From the NCBI GenBank assembly GCA_008501635.1, contig QQUJ01000004.1, positions 3,085 through 67,084 of the forward strand: 64,000 nt of DNA. Reading direction: 5' to 3'. The DNA is from Pseudomonadota bacterium (GTDB taxonomy: Bacteria; Pseudomonadota; Gammaproteobacteria; QQUJ01). A program made the position numbers and the translations under genes. Positions within the stretch are counted from its first letter, which is position 1, and each line of letters starts with the position of its first letter. Under the pieces are notes generated by a model that was not told the DNA's origin, searched no databases, and worked only from the letters and a program-made list of their open reading frames with translations. Of this stretch, positions 17,656 through 28,666 are shown one piece after another.

Positions 17656-19020
17656 TCATTGCCGGCTCCGGGCCTGGTTTCGATACGCGGTTTTGGCCAC
17701 CTGCATGAACTGCACCAGCGGCCGGTTCGAGGGGCAGACATAGGAGCAGCAGCCGCATTCGAAGCAGTCCAGCACGCCGTAGACCTCGGTCTCCAGCGGC
17801 CGCCCCCACTCCACGTACTGCGACACCTTGTTGGGTTCCAGACCCAGGGGGCAGACGTCGAGGCATTCGCCGCAACCGATGCAGGCGCCGTAGCGGTCGA
17901 GGTTGGTTTCGCTGCGGGTCAGAAACAGCAGGCCGCTGGTGCCCTTGACCACCGGCACATTGAGATCGGCCAGGGCACGGCCCATCATCGGACCGCCCGC
18001 CAGCACCTTCACCACCTCGCCGTTAAAGCCCCCGCAGTGTTCGAGCAGCGCCGCGATCGACGTGCCGATGGGCACGCGCAGATTCTTGGGTTGGGCGATA
18101 CCGAGACCGGAGACCGTCACCACGCGGTCGATCACCGGCTTGTCGTTGCGGATCGCCTCGAGACAGGCGTACGCGGTCGCGACGTTCTGCACCACGATAC
18201 CGACCTGCAGCGGCAGGCCGCGACGCGGCACCACCCGGCCGGTGAGCGCCTCGATCAGCTGGCGCTCGGCGCCCTGCGGGTACTTGGTCTCGGTGAGCAC
18301 CACCTCCATGGCGACCGGGAACGGCAGGCTCTCGATGCCGAGGCGCTCGATCGCCGCGCGCAGCGCCTCGACCGCGGGTTGCTTGTTGTCCTCGACCCCG
18401 ATCAGGCAGCGATTGACACCGATCATCCTGGCGATGGTCCAGGCGCCGAGCACCACTTTCTCGGCATCCTCCAGCATCAGCCGGTAATCGCAGGTGAGGT
18501 AGGGCTCGCACTCGGAACCGTTGATCAGCAGGGTGTCGATTTTGGCATCGGGCGGCAGTGTCAGCTTGCGGTAGGTGGGAAAGGCCGCGCCGCCGAGGCC
18601 GACCAGTCCGCCGTGTTTGATCTTCTCCAGCATCACCTCGCGCGACAGTTCCATCCAGCCCGGCTGTTCGGGGAATTCGGGCTCGTCGTCGGTGGGCTTG
18701 GCGAGGATGGTGATTGCGGTGTCGTGCACCAGCACCGGATGCGGTTCGCGCTGGACGTTTTTGACGATGCCGGAGATCGGGGCGTGAATGCGCAGCCCAT
18801 CCGGGGCTTCGGCGATCACGTCGCCGCGTTTGACCAGATCCTTTTTTTCGACCAGCGGTTTGGCGGCCGGGCCGAGGCTCTGACTGACGGGGACGGTGAC
18901 ACTGCTGGGAACAAACGACTCGATGGCGCAGGTGGCGGTGAGCTCTTTGTGCTCGGCGGGATGAATCCCGCCGCGCGCAAAGGTGCGCTCGCCGGGCTTG
19001 AGCCACAACAGAACGCTCAT
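17656..19020 (-). CDS. rnfC: Rnf subunit C
   Basis: GGIHP, GLVGLGGAAFPT, NGSECEPYLTCD, KYPQGAE, GGPMMG, two 4Fe-4S motifs. Confidence 0.95.
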   Translation of the reverse strand: MSVLLWLKPGERTFARGGIHPAEHKELTATCAIESFVPSSVTVPVSQSLGPAAKPLVEKKDLVKRGDVIAEAPDGLRIHAPISGIVKNVQREPHPVLVHDTAITILAKPTDDEPEFPEQPGWMELSREVMLEKIKHGGLVGLGGAAFPTYRKLTLPPDAKIDTLLINGSECEPYLTCDYRLMLEDAEKVVLGAWTIARMIGVNRCLIGVEDNKQPAVEALRAAIERLGIESLPFPVAMEVVLTETKYPQGAERQLIEALTGRVVPRRGLPLQVGIVVQNVATAYACLEAIRNDKPVIDRVVTVSGLGIAQPKNLRVPIGTSIAALLEHCGGFNGEVVKVLAGGPMMGRALADLNVPVVKGTSGLLFLTRSETNLDRYGACIGCGECLDVCPLGLEPNKVSQYVEWGRPLETEVYGVLDCFECGCCSYVCPSNRPLVQFMQVAKTAYRNQARSRQ

Positions 19021-19438
19021 GACCTGCCCCGTTGCAGCACACGAGGTGATACCCCGAGCATCCGCACCCTTCTGTCCAGGGGGCAGGCGCTTGCGGCGCA
19101 TGCATAGCGAAGCGTGTCTGAGGAGTCAGAAACGTCGGGTGATCTGCCGGTAATCCACCTACGGTGAACGACAACCCAGAATCGGCTACCCATCCGTACA
19201 GCAGCTCCTAATCCGTCGATCAGCTTTGTTGTTATGTGATTGGTGGTGCGCCATCGTACCGCAACGCGAATCACAGTCTGCACCCGCGATAGGCTTTGAT
19301 CAAGTGTGGGTATTAAAACGCAATTCATTCTCATCGTGAGGGTGCAAAGCACTTTTGTCCGCCGCTGCTTCATTCAATCGAGTTCGGATTGGAATCGCAC
19401 ACAGCACACGATCGATGATCTCGCCGCCCCGGTACGAG

Positions 19439-20239
19439 TCATCGACTCGCGTCGGATGGGGCAGGGGCAGCCGCCTCGTCGGTCGCGTCGTTCCACTGTA
19501 TCGCCTGGTAGTCGAATCCCGAGTCGAGGGTGGGTTTGACAATCTGGAAATAGGGCGACAGATCGAAATCACGCGGTGCAAACAGGCTGTGATGCCGGAT
19601 GCGGTAGATTTCGCGGCGCATACGCCTCCCCCGCAGATTGTCGGGACAGCGCTCGACACCCGGCAGGATAGGGTAGCGAACCCGTTGGAAGGCTTGGGCA
19701 ATCAGGCTGGAGCAAATAGCCCGCGTTGGATCACCGCTGCCGAGCGCCAACATGCCGCGCCGATGGCGACTCGGCACCGGCGGGAGCGGCAACAGGTAGC
19801 GCATCAGATCGACGACGTTTTTCAGATCGTATTGCATGCCAAGGCTCTCGACCATGGATTGGACCACCTCGCGGCGATCGCTTTCGCTTAATCCCACGGG
19901 TCGGCAGACGCGGGTATTGAACGAATGGTATTTGCTGAGGGGGACGGCGATCACACCCTGCTCGATATCGGCCTCGATCAGCATGCCAAACCCCGCATTG
20001 CCCGGCGGCGGCGCCACGGCGTCGCCCACATAGAGCGCGGCGTGCGACCATGTCGATTGCGTCAAATACTTGATGGCGGTGCTGATGCGCAGTTCGCCCT
20101 CTACCAGCAACACATCAGCGGGTTGGAGGATGCGCTCCAATGTATCGGGGTCATGCACAGAAAATGCGTGATGACCGGCAACGGGCTGCGTGAGGTACCG
20201 CGCCAGCCAACGACCGATCGCCGTCAAAGGCCTGTTCAC
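19439..20239 (-). CDS. YiiX/YebB-like permuted papain-like (NlpC/P60) enzyme
   Basis: DVLLVEG, QSTWSHAALYVG, YDLKN, ICSSLIAQAF. Confidence 0.8.
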   Translation of the reverse strand: MNRPLTAIGRWLARYLTQPVAGHHAFSVHDPDTLERILQPADVLLVEGELRISTAIKYLTQSTWSHAALYVGDAVAPPPGNAGFGMLIEADIEQGVIAVPLSKYHSFNTRVCRPVGLSESDRREVVQSMVESLGMQYDLKNVVDLMRYLLPLPPVPSRHRRGMLALGSGDPTRAICSSLIAQAFQRVRYPILPGVERCPDNLRGRRMRREIYRIRHHSLFAPRDFDLSPYFQIVKPTLDSGFDYQAIQWNDATDEAAAPAPSDASR

Positions 20240-20291
20240 CTCTCAAGCCTCAGCCAGGGTGATAGCCTTCGTTGCACAGTTCGATCCCCCA

Positions 20292-21926
20292 TCAACGTCT
20301 CAGCAATTCCACCAACGTCCGGGTCGAGACATCGTGATCCGCCCCGGTCGACTCACCGGACAACTCACGCAACAGGGTAGCCGCCAGCTGCTTGCCCAGC
20401 TCCACGCCCCACTGGTCGAAAGGATTGAGATTCCAGATCACCGACTGGACGAATACCTTGTGCTCGTAGAGCGCGATGAGCATACCGAGGGTGTGCGGAT
20501 CGAGTGCGCGATAGAGCAGTGTCGAACTGGGCTGGTTGCCGGGAAACAGCTTGTAGGGCAGCAACCGTTCCAACGCGGCATCACTCAAGCCGGCCTGGGA
20601 GAGCTCGATTCGCGCTTCGGCTTCGCTTTTGCCGCGCATCAGGGCCTCGCTCTGCGACAGGCAGTTGGCGATCAGCTTCTGCTGGTGATCCCCCAGCGGG
20701 TAGGCGCTCTCCGCCGCCAGCAGAAAATCGGTTGGGATCAGGCGCGTGCCCTGGTGCAGCAGTTGGAAAAAGGCGTGCTGTCCGTTGGTGCCCGGTTCGC
20801 CCCAGATGATCGGGCAGGTCGCATAATCGACAAGCTCGCCGTCGCGATCCACGCATTTGCCGTTACTCTCCATCTCCAGCTGCTGCAGATAGGCGGGCAG
20901 CCGCGCCAGGCGTTGCTCGTAGGGGAACACGGCGTGGGTCTCGGCGCCGAAGAAGTTCGTGTACCAGACACCGAGCAGCGCCATGAGTACCGGCAGGTTC
21001 CGTTCCAGGGGGGCGCTGCGGAAATGCTCGTCCACCGCGTACGCTCCGGCGAGCAGTTCCTCGAAGCGCTCCATGCCCACGTAGAGCGCAATGGGCAGGC
21101 CAATGGCCGACCACAGCGAGTAGCGCCCGCCCACCCAATCCCAGAAGGCGAACATGTTGGCGGTATCGATACCGAACTCACGCACCCCCGCCGTGTTGGT
21201 CGAAATCGCGACGAAGTGCCTGGCCACCGCGCGCTCGTCGCCGAGCCTTTCCACCAGCCATCGCCGCGCCGTATGGGCGTTGGTCAGCGTCTCCTGCGTG
21301 GTAAAGGTCTTGGAGGCGATGACGAACAGGGTGCGTTCCGGATCGAGGTGCTTCAGCGTTGCCCCGATGTGCGCGCCATCGACATTGGAGACGAAGTGCG
21401 CCCGCAGGTGCGCCGCGGCGTAAGGTTCGAGCGCGGCGCACACCATTTGCGGTCCGAGATCGGATCCGCCGATACCGATGTTCACCACATCGGCGACCGG
21501 CTTGCCGGTATGGCCGCGCCAGGCCCCCGCGCGCAACTGACCCGTAAACTCGCGCATCTGCGCAAACACGCGGCGCACCGCAGGCATCACGTCTTCGCCA
21601 TCGACGGCATAGGGCCGATCCGAGCGGTTGCGCAGCGCCATGTGCAGAGCCGCGCGTTGTTCGGTGTGATTGATTCGCTCGCCGTTGAAGAATCTTTCTA
21701 TCCAGCGCGGCAACTCGCGCGCCTCGGCCAGCGCGACGAGCATCCCGAGCGTGTCGCGGGTGATTCGGTGCTTGGAGTAGTCGAACAGCAGATCGCCCAA
21801 CGACAGGGAGAAACGTTGGAACCGATCGGGATCCTCGGCGAACAGATCGCGCATGTGCACGGTGGCGATGTCGCGCTTATGCGCGAGTAGCGCCTTCCAT
21901 GCCGGGGATTGCGTCAAAGCCGTCAT
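20292..21926 (-). CDS. pgi: Glucose-6-phosphate isomerase
   Basis: [39 protein letters not shown]. Confidence 0.97.
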   Translation of the reverse strand: MTALTQSPAWKALLAHKRDIATVHMRDLFAEDPDRFQRFSLSLGDLLFDYSKHRITRDTLGMLVALAEARELPRWIERFFNGERINHTEQRAALHMALRNRSDRPYAVDGEDVMPAVRRVFAQMREFTGQLRAGAWRGHTGKPVADVVNIGIGGSDLGPQMVCAALEPYAAAHLRAHFVSNVDGAHIGATLKHLDPERTLFVIASKTFTTQETLTNAHTARRWLVERLGDERAVARHFVAISTNTAGVREFGIDTANMFAFWDWVGGRYSLWSAIGLPIALYVGMERFEELLAGAYAVDEHFRSAPLERNLPVLMALLGVWYTNFFGAETHAVFPYEQRLARLPAYLQQLEMESNGKCVDRDGELVDYATCPIIWGEPGTNGQHAFFQLLHQGTRLIPTDFLLAAESAYPLGDHQQKLIANCLSQSEALMRGKSEAEARIELSQAGLSDAALERLLPYKLFPGNQPSSTLLYRALDPHTLGMLIALYEHKVFVQSVIWNLNPFDQWGVELGKQLAATLLRELSGESTGADHDVSTRTLVELLRR

Positions 21927-22071
21927 GCTCTGCCCGTTGCATTGTTGGGGTGTGCTGGGAGGCGATCCTAGCATCCGATCCCGATGAATACGAACCGCGA
22001 AATAGAGGCGGCCTGCATCCGTTTACGCGCAGCTTCGGTTATAGTGGCTGCGGGCGACCAACGACCTTTCC

Positions 22072-23538
22072 ATGAAAATCCTATTCGTCACCAGCGAAGC
22101 GCACCCCCTGATCAAGACCGGCGGTCTCGCCGACGTCTCTGGGGCGCTGCCCAAAGCGTTGCGGCAACTGCGCAACGACGTGCGCCTGCTGCTGCCCGCC
22201 TACCCCCAGGTCAAGGAGCGCGCCGGGAAGCTGCGCCCGGTGGCGACGCTGCAGGTGCCGACCAGCGATGAGCCGGTCGCGGTGCTGAAGGGGCGCCTGC
22301 CGGGCTCGTCGGTGCCCCTCTATCTGGTGGAAGCGCCGGCTTACTTCGACCGGATCGGCAACCCCTACACCGCCGCGGACGGCAGCGGCTGGCCCGATAA
22401 TCCGCTACGCTTCGCCCTGTTCGCTCGGGTTGCCGCACTCCTCGCCCGGGACCAGGCCGGCCTCGACTGGCAACCGGATATCGTGCATTGTCACGATTGG
22501 CAAGCGGGGTTGGTGCCCGCGCTGTTGAGCCTGGAGACTCAGCGACCGCGTAGCGTCTTCACCATTCACAATCTCGCCTACCAGGGGATCTATCCGGCCC
22601 AGTGGCTGACGGAGCTGCAACTGCCGAGCGCCCTGTGGTCCATCGACGGGCTGGAATTTCACGACCACCTGAGTTTCATCAAGGGCGGGATCGCGTTCGC
22701 CGATGCGGTCACCACCGTGAGCCCCACCTACGCCCGCGAAATCTGCCACGCCGCCTTCGGCTACGGGCTGGAGGGACTGCTGCGCAGCCGTGCCGAACAC
22801 CTGCACGGTATCCTCAACGGCGTCGATTATTCACAGTGGAATCCCCGGGACGATCCCCATCTCCCGGCTCACTACAGCGCCGAACAACTGGCCGGCAAGA
22901 GTGTGTGCAAGGCAGCGCTGCAGGAGGAACTGGGCCTGCCGGTGGCCGCGCAGACTCCCCTGTTGGCGCATATCGGGCGCCTGGTGGAGCAAAAGGGTGT
23001 CGATCTGATTCTTGAAGCCCTGGATGCCCTGCCCGAGAGCGTCGAATTTCAACTGGCCATCCTCGGCAGCGGTGAGCGCTGGCTGGAGCTGGCCCTGCTC
23101 GAGGCCGCGCGCCTGCACCCCGAGCGCGTCGCGATCCGGATCGGCTACGACGAGGGACTGGCCCACCGCATCGAGGCGGGCGCCGATATCTTCCTCATGC
23201 CATCGCGCTTCGAGCCGTGCGGGCTCAATCAGATCTACAGCCTGCGTTACGGCACCGTGCCCGTGGTTCATCGGGTGGGCGGATTGGCCGACAGCGTCGT
23301 CGACGCCATCGACCACACCCTGGCCTCGGGTATCGCCACCGGGTTCGTCTTTGATCACGCCGATGCCTTCGATCTGCGAATGGCGGTACAACGCGCCCTG
23401 ACCCTCTATCGCGATCCGAAAGCGTGGCGTAAGCTGATGCTGAGCGGCATGGCGCAGGATTTCAGTTGGACCCGCAGTGCCCGCCAGTACGCTGCGCTCT
23501 ATCGCAGCCTTTTGGAATCCAAAACACCCCTGTCATAA
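22072..23538 (+). CDS. glgA: Glycogen synthase
   Basis: KTGGLADV, HCHDWQ, MPSRFEPCGL. Confidence 0.97.
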   Translation: MKILFVTSEAHPLIKTGGLADVSGALPKALRQLRNDVRLLLPAYPQVKERAGKLRPVATLQVPTSDEPVAVLKGRLPGSSVPLYLVEAPAYFDRIGNPYTAADGSGWPDNPLRFALFARVAALLARDQAGLDWQPDIVHCHDWQAGLVPALLSLETQRPRSVFTIHNLAYQGIYPAQWLTELQLPSALWSIDGLEFHDHLSFIKGGIAFADAVTTVSPTYAREICHAAFGYGLEGLLRSRAEHLHGILNGVDYSQWNPRDDPHLPAHYSAEQLAGKSVCKAALQEELGLPVAAQTPLLAHIGRLVEQKGVDLILEALDALPESVEFQLAILGSGERWLELALLEAARLHPERVAIRIGYDEGLAHRIEAGADIFLMPSRFEPCGLNQIYSLRYGTVPVVHRVGGLADSVVDAIDHTLASGIATGFVFDHADAFDLRMAVQRALTLYRDPKAWRKLMLSGMAQDFSWTRSARQYAALYRSLLESKTPLS

Positions 23539-23587
23539 GAAGTCCGAAAAAAAAGGGAGCACGATTCGACGCAAGGAGGAGAGAGTC

Positions 23588-23797
23588 ATGAACATGGCGG
23601 AGATTCGGGCCATCGCCCAATCCAGAGCTATTCGACCCCTGCCCAAATCCAAACTGGCGCTGGTGCGCGCCATTCAGGTCAGCGAAGGCAACTTTCCGTG
23701 TTTCGGAACGGCCAGCGCGGGCCGTTGCGATCAAAGCCAGTGCCTGTGGCGCGAGGACTGTTTCAAACTCACGCACGTCTCTTCGCCGGCGCAATAA
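23588..23797 (+). CDS. Small SAP/Rho-N-like protein with a four-Cys C-terminus
   Basis: LVRAIQVSEGNFPCFGT...CDQSQCLWREDC; AAGGAGGAG SD. Confidence 0.75.
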   Translation: MNMAEIRAIAQSRAIRPLPKSKLALVRAIQVSEGNFPCFGTASAGRCDQSQCLWREDCFKLTHVSSPAQ

Positions 23798-23827
23798 AAA
23801 GGCCTGCCTCGAGGGGCAGGCCTCTTT
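23797..23827. terminator. Bidirectional intrinsic terminator
   Basis: AAAAGGCCTGCCTC-GAG-GGGCAGGCCTCTTT between convergent genes. Confidence 0.75.
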
Positions 23828-23846
23828 ACAGGCCGGACTGTTTTGT

Positions 23847-24227
23847 TCAGGCGACCTGAGCGGGAATCGCGTTGCTCTGGCGTGCGATCTCGTTGCGCTC
23901 GTTGCAATAGACCAGACGCGGCTTGTGGTTCAGCAGCTCCTGCTGATTGAGCTGGGCGTAGACGCAGATGATCACCCGATCGCCAGGACTTGCCTTGTGG
24001 GCCGCCGCGCCATTGACCGAGATGATCCCGGAACCCGCCTCGCCGCGGATCGCGTAGGTACTGAACCGCTCGCCGTTGGCCAGATTGTAGATGTGCAGCA
24101 TCTCGTATTCGTGGATGCCCGCGGCCTCCATCAGGTCACTGTCGATGGCGCACGAGCCCTCGTACTCCAGCTCCGCGTGGGTCACCCGCGCCTGATGAAG
24201 TTTGGATTTCAGTAGCGTCACTATCAT
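23847..24227 (-). CDS. panD: Aspartate 1-decarboxylase
   Basis: [24 protein letters not shown]. Confidence 0.97.
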   Translation of the reverse strand: MIVTLLKSKLHQARVTHAELEYEGSCAIDSDLMEAAGIHEYEMLHIYNLANGERFSTYAIRGEAGSGIISVNGAAAHKASPGDRVIICVYAQLNQQELLNHKPRLVYCNERNEIARQSNAIPAQVA

Positions 24228-24266
24228 ATCGGCATTGCTCCCCGGTTTGAGTTGCTCGCCCGCCGC

Positions 24267-25118
24267 TCAGGGGATCTGTACCGGCAGGTTGTCGATCAGG
24301 CGCGCGCCGCCTATATGAGCAGCGGTGAGCACCACCAAATCCTTGTCTTCAGGCGCGGGCAGATCGAGATCCACCGAACGGCGCACGGCGTAGTAGTCGG
24401 GACGGAAACCCACGCTCTGCAACGCCGCCGCGCCTTCGGCCTCCAGGGCGGCGAAATCACGCTCCCCGGCCAGCAGGCGCTGGGCGGTGTGGCGCAGGCA
24501 GCGATTGATCGCCGTCGCCGTCTGCCGATCTTCCGCCGACAGATAGGCATTGCGCGAACTCATGGCCAGCCCGTCGGGCTCGCGCACCGTCGTCACCCCC
24601 TCGATGGCCACCGGCAGGTGCAGATCGACCACCAGGTGGCGAATCACCAGCAACTGCTGAAAATCCTTGGTGCCGAAGACCGCCACATCGGGCTGCACCA
24701 TGCCGAACAGTTTGGTCACCACCGTTGCCACGCCGGCGAAGTGATGGGGGCGAAACGAACCGCACAATTCGTCGGAGAGCCCCGGCACCTCCACGCGGGT
24801 GCGCATCGCGGTGCCTTCGGGATAGACCTCTTCCACCGAGGGCGCGAAGATCAGATCGGTACCGCGTGGTTCCAGTTTTGCGCTATCGCTTTCGAGCGTA
24901 CGGGGATAGCGCGCAAAGTCTTCATTGGGGCTGAATTGAGTCGGATTGACGAAAATGCTCACCACCACCCGATCGGCCAGCGCACGGGCACGATCGACCA
25001 GTTGCAGGTGCCCCTCGTGCAGATTCCCCATGGTTGGCACCAGTGCCACCCGCTGACCGGCGGTGCGCCACCCGGCCACCGCCGCCCTGAGATCGGCGAC
25101 TGTAGTTACCGTTTGCAT
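24267..25118 (-). CDS. panC: Pantoate--beta-alanine ligase
   Basis: VPTMGNLHEGH, SIFVNPTQF, GLAMSSRN, RLIDN; ATG 25118 overlaps the panB stop. Confidence 0.96.
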   Translation of the reverse strand: MQTVTTVADLRAAVAGWRTAGQRVALVPTMGNLHEGHLQLVDRARALADRVVVSIFVNPTQFSPNEDFARYPRTLESDSAKLEPRGTDLIFAPSVEEVYPEGTAMRTRVEVPGLSDELCGSFRPHHFAGVATVVTKLFGMVQPDVAVFGTKDFQQLLVIRHLVVDLHLPVAIEGVTTVREPDGLAMSSRNAYLSAEDRQTATAINRCLRHTAQRLLAGERDFAALEAEGAAALQSVGFRPDYYAVRRSVDLDLPAPEDKDLVVLTAAHIGGARLIDNLPVQIP

Positions 25119-25939
25119 CACTCGAAGCTGTGTTCTGGTGCCGGGAAGGTACCGTTCTTGACGGCAGTGACGTAGGCGCGCACCGCGGCGCCGATATCGC
25201 CCGTGTCGACCATGAAGTCTTTGACGAAGCTCGGTTTGCGGCCGAAGGTGATGCCCAGCATGTCGTAGAGCACCAGAATCTGACCGTCGGTTTCGGGACC
25301 GGCGCCGATGCCGATGACCGGAATGGAAAGCGTCTGGGTAATCTCCGCAGCGAGTGCGGTGGGAACGCACTCCAGCAGCAGGATATCGGCACCGACATTC
25401 TGCAGCGCAATGGCATCGGCGACCATGGCGCGCGCCGCATCGGTCTCGCGGCCCTGTACCCGGTAACCACCGAGCTTATGGATCAGTTGGGGCTGGAGAC
25501 CGATATGCGCGCAGACCGGAATGCCCCTGGCCGCGAGTTCACGCACGGTTTCGACCTGAATCGCCGCTCCCTCGAGCTTGACCATCTGCGCCCCGCCCTC
25601 GCGCATCAGCCGCGCGGCATTGTGGATCGCCTGCTCGGGGGTGGCGTAGGTCATGAAGGGCATATCGGCCATCAACAGGGCGTTTTGCCGTGCCCTGGCC
25701 ACGCACTGCGTGTGGTAGATGATCTCTTCGATGGTGACCGGCACCGTGGTCTCGTACCCCTGCACCACCATGCCCAGGGAATCGCCGACCAGGATCACCT
25801 CGACACCGGCCGCCTCCAACTGAGCAGCGAAACTGGCGTCGTAGGCCGTCAGGCAGGCGAACTTCTCCCCGGCCTGTTTGATCTTGGCCAACCGTGAGAC
25901 GGTCACTGCCGAATTCTTCTGTTCCGCGTGCGAACTCAT
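25118..25939 (-). CDS. panB: Ketopantoate hydroxymethyltransferase
   Basis: LTAYD, LVGDSLG, ADMPF, VKLEG. Confidence 0.97.
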   Translation of the reverse strand: MSSHAEQKNSAVTVSRLAKIKQAGEKFACLTAYDASFAAQLEAAGVEVILVGDSLGMVVQGYETTVPVTIEEIIYHTQCVARARQNALLMADMPFMTYATPEQAIHNAARLMREGGAQMVKLEGAAIQVETVRELAARGIPVCAHIGLQPQLIHKLGGYRVQGRETDAARAMVADAIALQNVGADILLLECVPTALAAEITQTLSIPVIGIGAGPETDGQILVLYDMLGITFGRKPSFVKDFMVDTGDIGAAVRAYVTAVKNGTFPAPEHSFE

Positions 25940-26181
25940 AACCACCCGCCAAAGGGAAAGGCGCGTATTATAACGCGCCCTTGGTTTAAACCAGCGTCAG
26001 TTTTTTGCAGTGCACCACAGCAATCCGTGGCGGTCAAGCGCCGACAGCCGGGAGCTGCAAGAACCGGAAATAAAAACTTCCCGCCATGATGCTCGTGCCA
26101 GGTCACTGAGAACACAGAAAAATAAACAAAGCATTTCAAGTGGTTACTCTTTAATCAGACGAGAAATCTTTGAGTGGTGCG

Positions 26182-26844
26182 TTACAGCGCAATCGGGGCG
26201 GGATTGAAATAGTGACGTCCGCTGCGGATCCCGCGGATCTGCTGCAAGAGCTGTTCATAGTCGCGATCGTTATTGACCAGATCGATGCCGGCCGCGTTGA
26301 CAATCAGCAGCGGCGACGCGTCGTAGTGGTAGAAAAACCGGGTGTAAGTCTCCGACAGGCGCGTCAGGTAGCCCGCATCGATCGCCCGCTCGGAGCGTCG
26401 GCCGCGTTGGGCGATGCGTCGCGCCAGCACGTCCACGGGAGCCTGCAGATAGATCACCAGATCGGGGATCGGCGCGTCGATCTCGACCCGCTCGTAGACC
26501 TGTTCGTAGAGCCGCAGCTCATTTTCGTCGAGGGTCAGCTGAGCGAAGAGCCGGTCCTTTTCCAACATGAAATCGGCGACGAACGAGGGGCGGAACAGAT
26601 CCGATTGGCGCAGCGCCTGGACCTGTTGGGACCGGGTGAAGAGAAACTGCAGTTGCACCGCCAGCGCAGCACTGCGCGGATCCTGGTAGAAGCGCTCGAG
26701 AAAGGGGTTGTCGTCGACGTTCTCCAGCAGCGGGTCGGACTCGTAAGTCTCGGCCAGACGCCGCGCCAGGCTGGTTTTGCCCACACCGACAGGCCCTTCG
26801 ACAACGATATAGTGTGGTTGCTCTTTGGCAATCATGCTGGTCAT
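26182..26844 (-). CDS. Deoxynucleoside kinase
   Basis: VEGPVGVGKT, NPFLERFY, PDLVIYLQA; usual position between folK and panB. Confidence 0.9.
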   Translation of the reverse strand: MTSMIAKEQPHYIVVEGPVGVGKTSLARRLAETYESDPLLENVDDNPFLERFYQDPRSAALAVQLQFLFTRSQQVQALRQSDLFRPSFVADFMLEKDRLFAQLTLDENELRLYEQVYERVEIDAPIPDLVIYLQAPVDVLARRIAQRGRRSERAIDAGYLTRLSETYTRFFYHYDASPLLIVNAAGIDLVNNDRDYEQLLQQIRGIRSGRHYFNPAPIAL

Positions 26845-27350
26845 TCGGATCCATCAACGCGTTGCAGTCCGTCCGCTGGAACCCGCTCCAACAGATCGGA
26901 AATTCGCTCGCCCCCGGGGAGCGCCAACGTCGGCGCAATCTCGTGCAGAGGATACAAGATGAAGGCGCGTTCGCGCAGCCCCGGATGCGGAACAGTGAGC
27001 CTTGGATTGCCAATGACCGCATCGCCATAGAGCAGCAGATCGAGATCCAGCGTGCGCGGCCCCCAGCGCACCCCGGTGCGTTCGCGGCCGAAACGGAGTT
27101 CGATGCGCTGCAACCCCGCCAGCAGGGCATCCGCCGGGAGCCCGGTAAACAGCTCTGCGACCGCGTTGTGGTAGTCGGGTTGATCCTGCGGTCCCAGCGG
27201 GGCGCTACGGTAGAGGCCGGAACAGGCGCCCAGATCGATCTGCGGCCACTCGCGCAGTGCCGCGATCGCAGCGTGCAGCGTGGCCGCCGCGTCGCCCAGG
27301 TTGCCGCCCAATCCGACAAAGGCGCGTACTCGCCGAACGCGTGGACTCAT
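26841..27350 (-). CDS. folK: 2-amino-4-hydroxy-6-hydroxymethyldihydropteridine diphosphokinase
   Basis: GLGGNLG, WGPRTLDLDLL, VPHPGLRERAF. Confidence 0.95.
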   Translation of the reverse strand: MSPRVRRVRAFVGLGGNLGDAAATLHAAIAALREWPQIDLGACSGLYRSAPLGPQDQPDYHNAVAELFTGLPADALLAGLQRIELRFGRERTGVRWGPRTLDLDLLLYGDAVIGNPRLTVPHPGLRERAFILYPLHEIAPTLALPGGERISDLLERVPADGLQRVDGSE

Positions 27351-28666
27351 GCCTCGCCGGAGGGTGTGTCGGAGGATTTTCGCCGGCGTGACCGGCGCCG
27401 CGGTTTGCGCCGCGGCGTGCTCAGCTTGTCGACCATCCCTTGTTGATCGGTATGATCGCCTTCCTGGAAGCGCGTCCACCACTCCGCCATCGCAGGCTCG
27501 ATTTCTCCCGACTCGGCGCGCAGCAGCAGGAAGTCGTAGCCCGCCCGAAAGCGCGGATGAGCTGCCAGCCGCCAGGCACGCTTGCCCCCCGGCCGTGCCA
27601 ATCGCCACTGCAACTGCCAGATCTCGCGCATCGGCACGGAAAACCGGCGCGGAATGGACACCCGCTCGATCTGCCGTGCCAGCACCTCGTCCGCGGCCTG
27701 CTGCGTCGCCACCTGCTCATCCGCACCCTCCGTTCGCAATTGGGCCGCGCGCTCGCGCACCGGCTCCCACAGCAATGCGGCGAAGAGAAACGCCGGCGTC
27801 ACCGGCTTGCCCTCGGCGATACGATTGTCGGTATTCTCCAGGGCGCGTGCCACGAAAGTGATGGGGAACCCCTTCTCCTCGTGGGCGAGACTGCGCTCGG
27901 TTTGCGGGAACAGGTGGGCGAAGAGCCCGTAGTGACGCAGCTTCTCGAAGGTCTGCACAGCATAGCCGCCGAGAAAGATCTTCAATACCTCTTCAAAGAG
28001 ACGCGCGGGCGGGATTTCAAGCAGCAGCGATGCCAGGCGGGCGATCGGTGCTTCGGTACCGGGGTGGATGATGAAACCCAACTTGGCGGCAAAGCGCACC
28101 GCACGCAGCATGCGCACCGGGTCCTCACGATAGCGCTGTTCGGGATCGCCGATCAGGCGTAACACGCCGTCGTTGAGATCGGCCATTCCACCGACATAAT
28201 CCACAACCGAGAAGTCATCGACATTGTAGAAGAGCGCATTGACCGTGAAATCACGGCGCCACGCGTCTTCTTCGATGGTGCCGAAAACGTTATCACGCAG
28301 AATGCGGCCGTTCTCTATCTCCCGCTCTTCCGATTCCTCATCGGCATCATCCCCTTGTTCGTGCAAAGCGCGGAAGGTCGCCACTTCGATGACCTCATTG
28401 CGAAAGCGCACGTGCGCGAGGCGAAAACGCCGCCCGATCAGACGGCAATTGCGGAACAGCTCGCGTATCTCCTCCGGCCTGGCGTCGGTGGCGATATCGA
28501 AATCCTTGGGCTCCCGTCCCAGCAGCAGGTCACGGACACCGCCACCGACCAGATATCCCTGATACCCGGCGCCGCGCAACCGATAGAGCACCTTGAGGGA
28601 GTTTTCGCTGATATTGGCCCGCGAAACGATGTGTTCGGATCGCGAAATGATGAGTGGTTCGGAAAT
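27347..28666 (-). CDS. pcnB: Poly(A) polymerase I, predicted ATT start
   Basis: LVGGGVRD, PKDFD, RRDFTVNAL, EDPVRMLRA; the conserved N-terminus extends to ATT at 28666 behind GGAGGT. Confidence 0.95.
   Translation of the reverse strand: MSEPLIISRSEHIVSRANISENSLKVLYRLRGAGYQGYLVGGGVRDLLLGREPKDFDIATDARPEEIRELFRNCRLIGRRFRLAHVRFRNEVIEVATFRALHEQGDDADEESEEREIENGRILRDNVFGTIEEDAWRRDFTVNALFYNVDDFSVVDYVGGMADLNDGVLRLIGDPEQRYREDPVRMLRAVRFAAKLGFIIHPGTEAPIARLASLLLEIPPARLFEEVLKIFLGGYAVQTFEKLRHYGLFAHLFPQTERSLAHEEKGFPITFVARALENTDNRIAEGKPVTPAFLFAALLWEPVRERAAQLRTEGADEQVATQQAADEVLARQIERVSIPRRFSVPMREIWQLQWRLARPGGKRAWRLAAHPRFRAGYDFLLLRAESGEIEPAMAEWWTRFQEGDHTDQQGMVDKLSTPRRKPRRRSRRRKSSDTPSGEA

Noticed and set aside
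19021-19438. FNR or sigma54 site, or riboswitch, upstream of rnfC
   Set aside because: Only partial matches; no correct spacing or recognisable RNA motif
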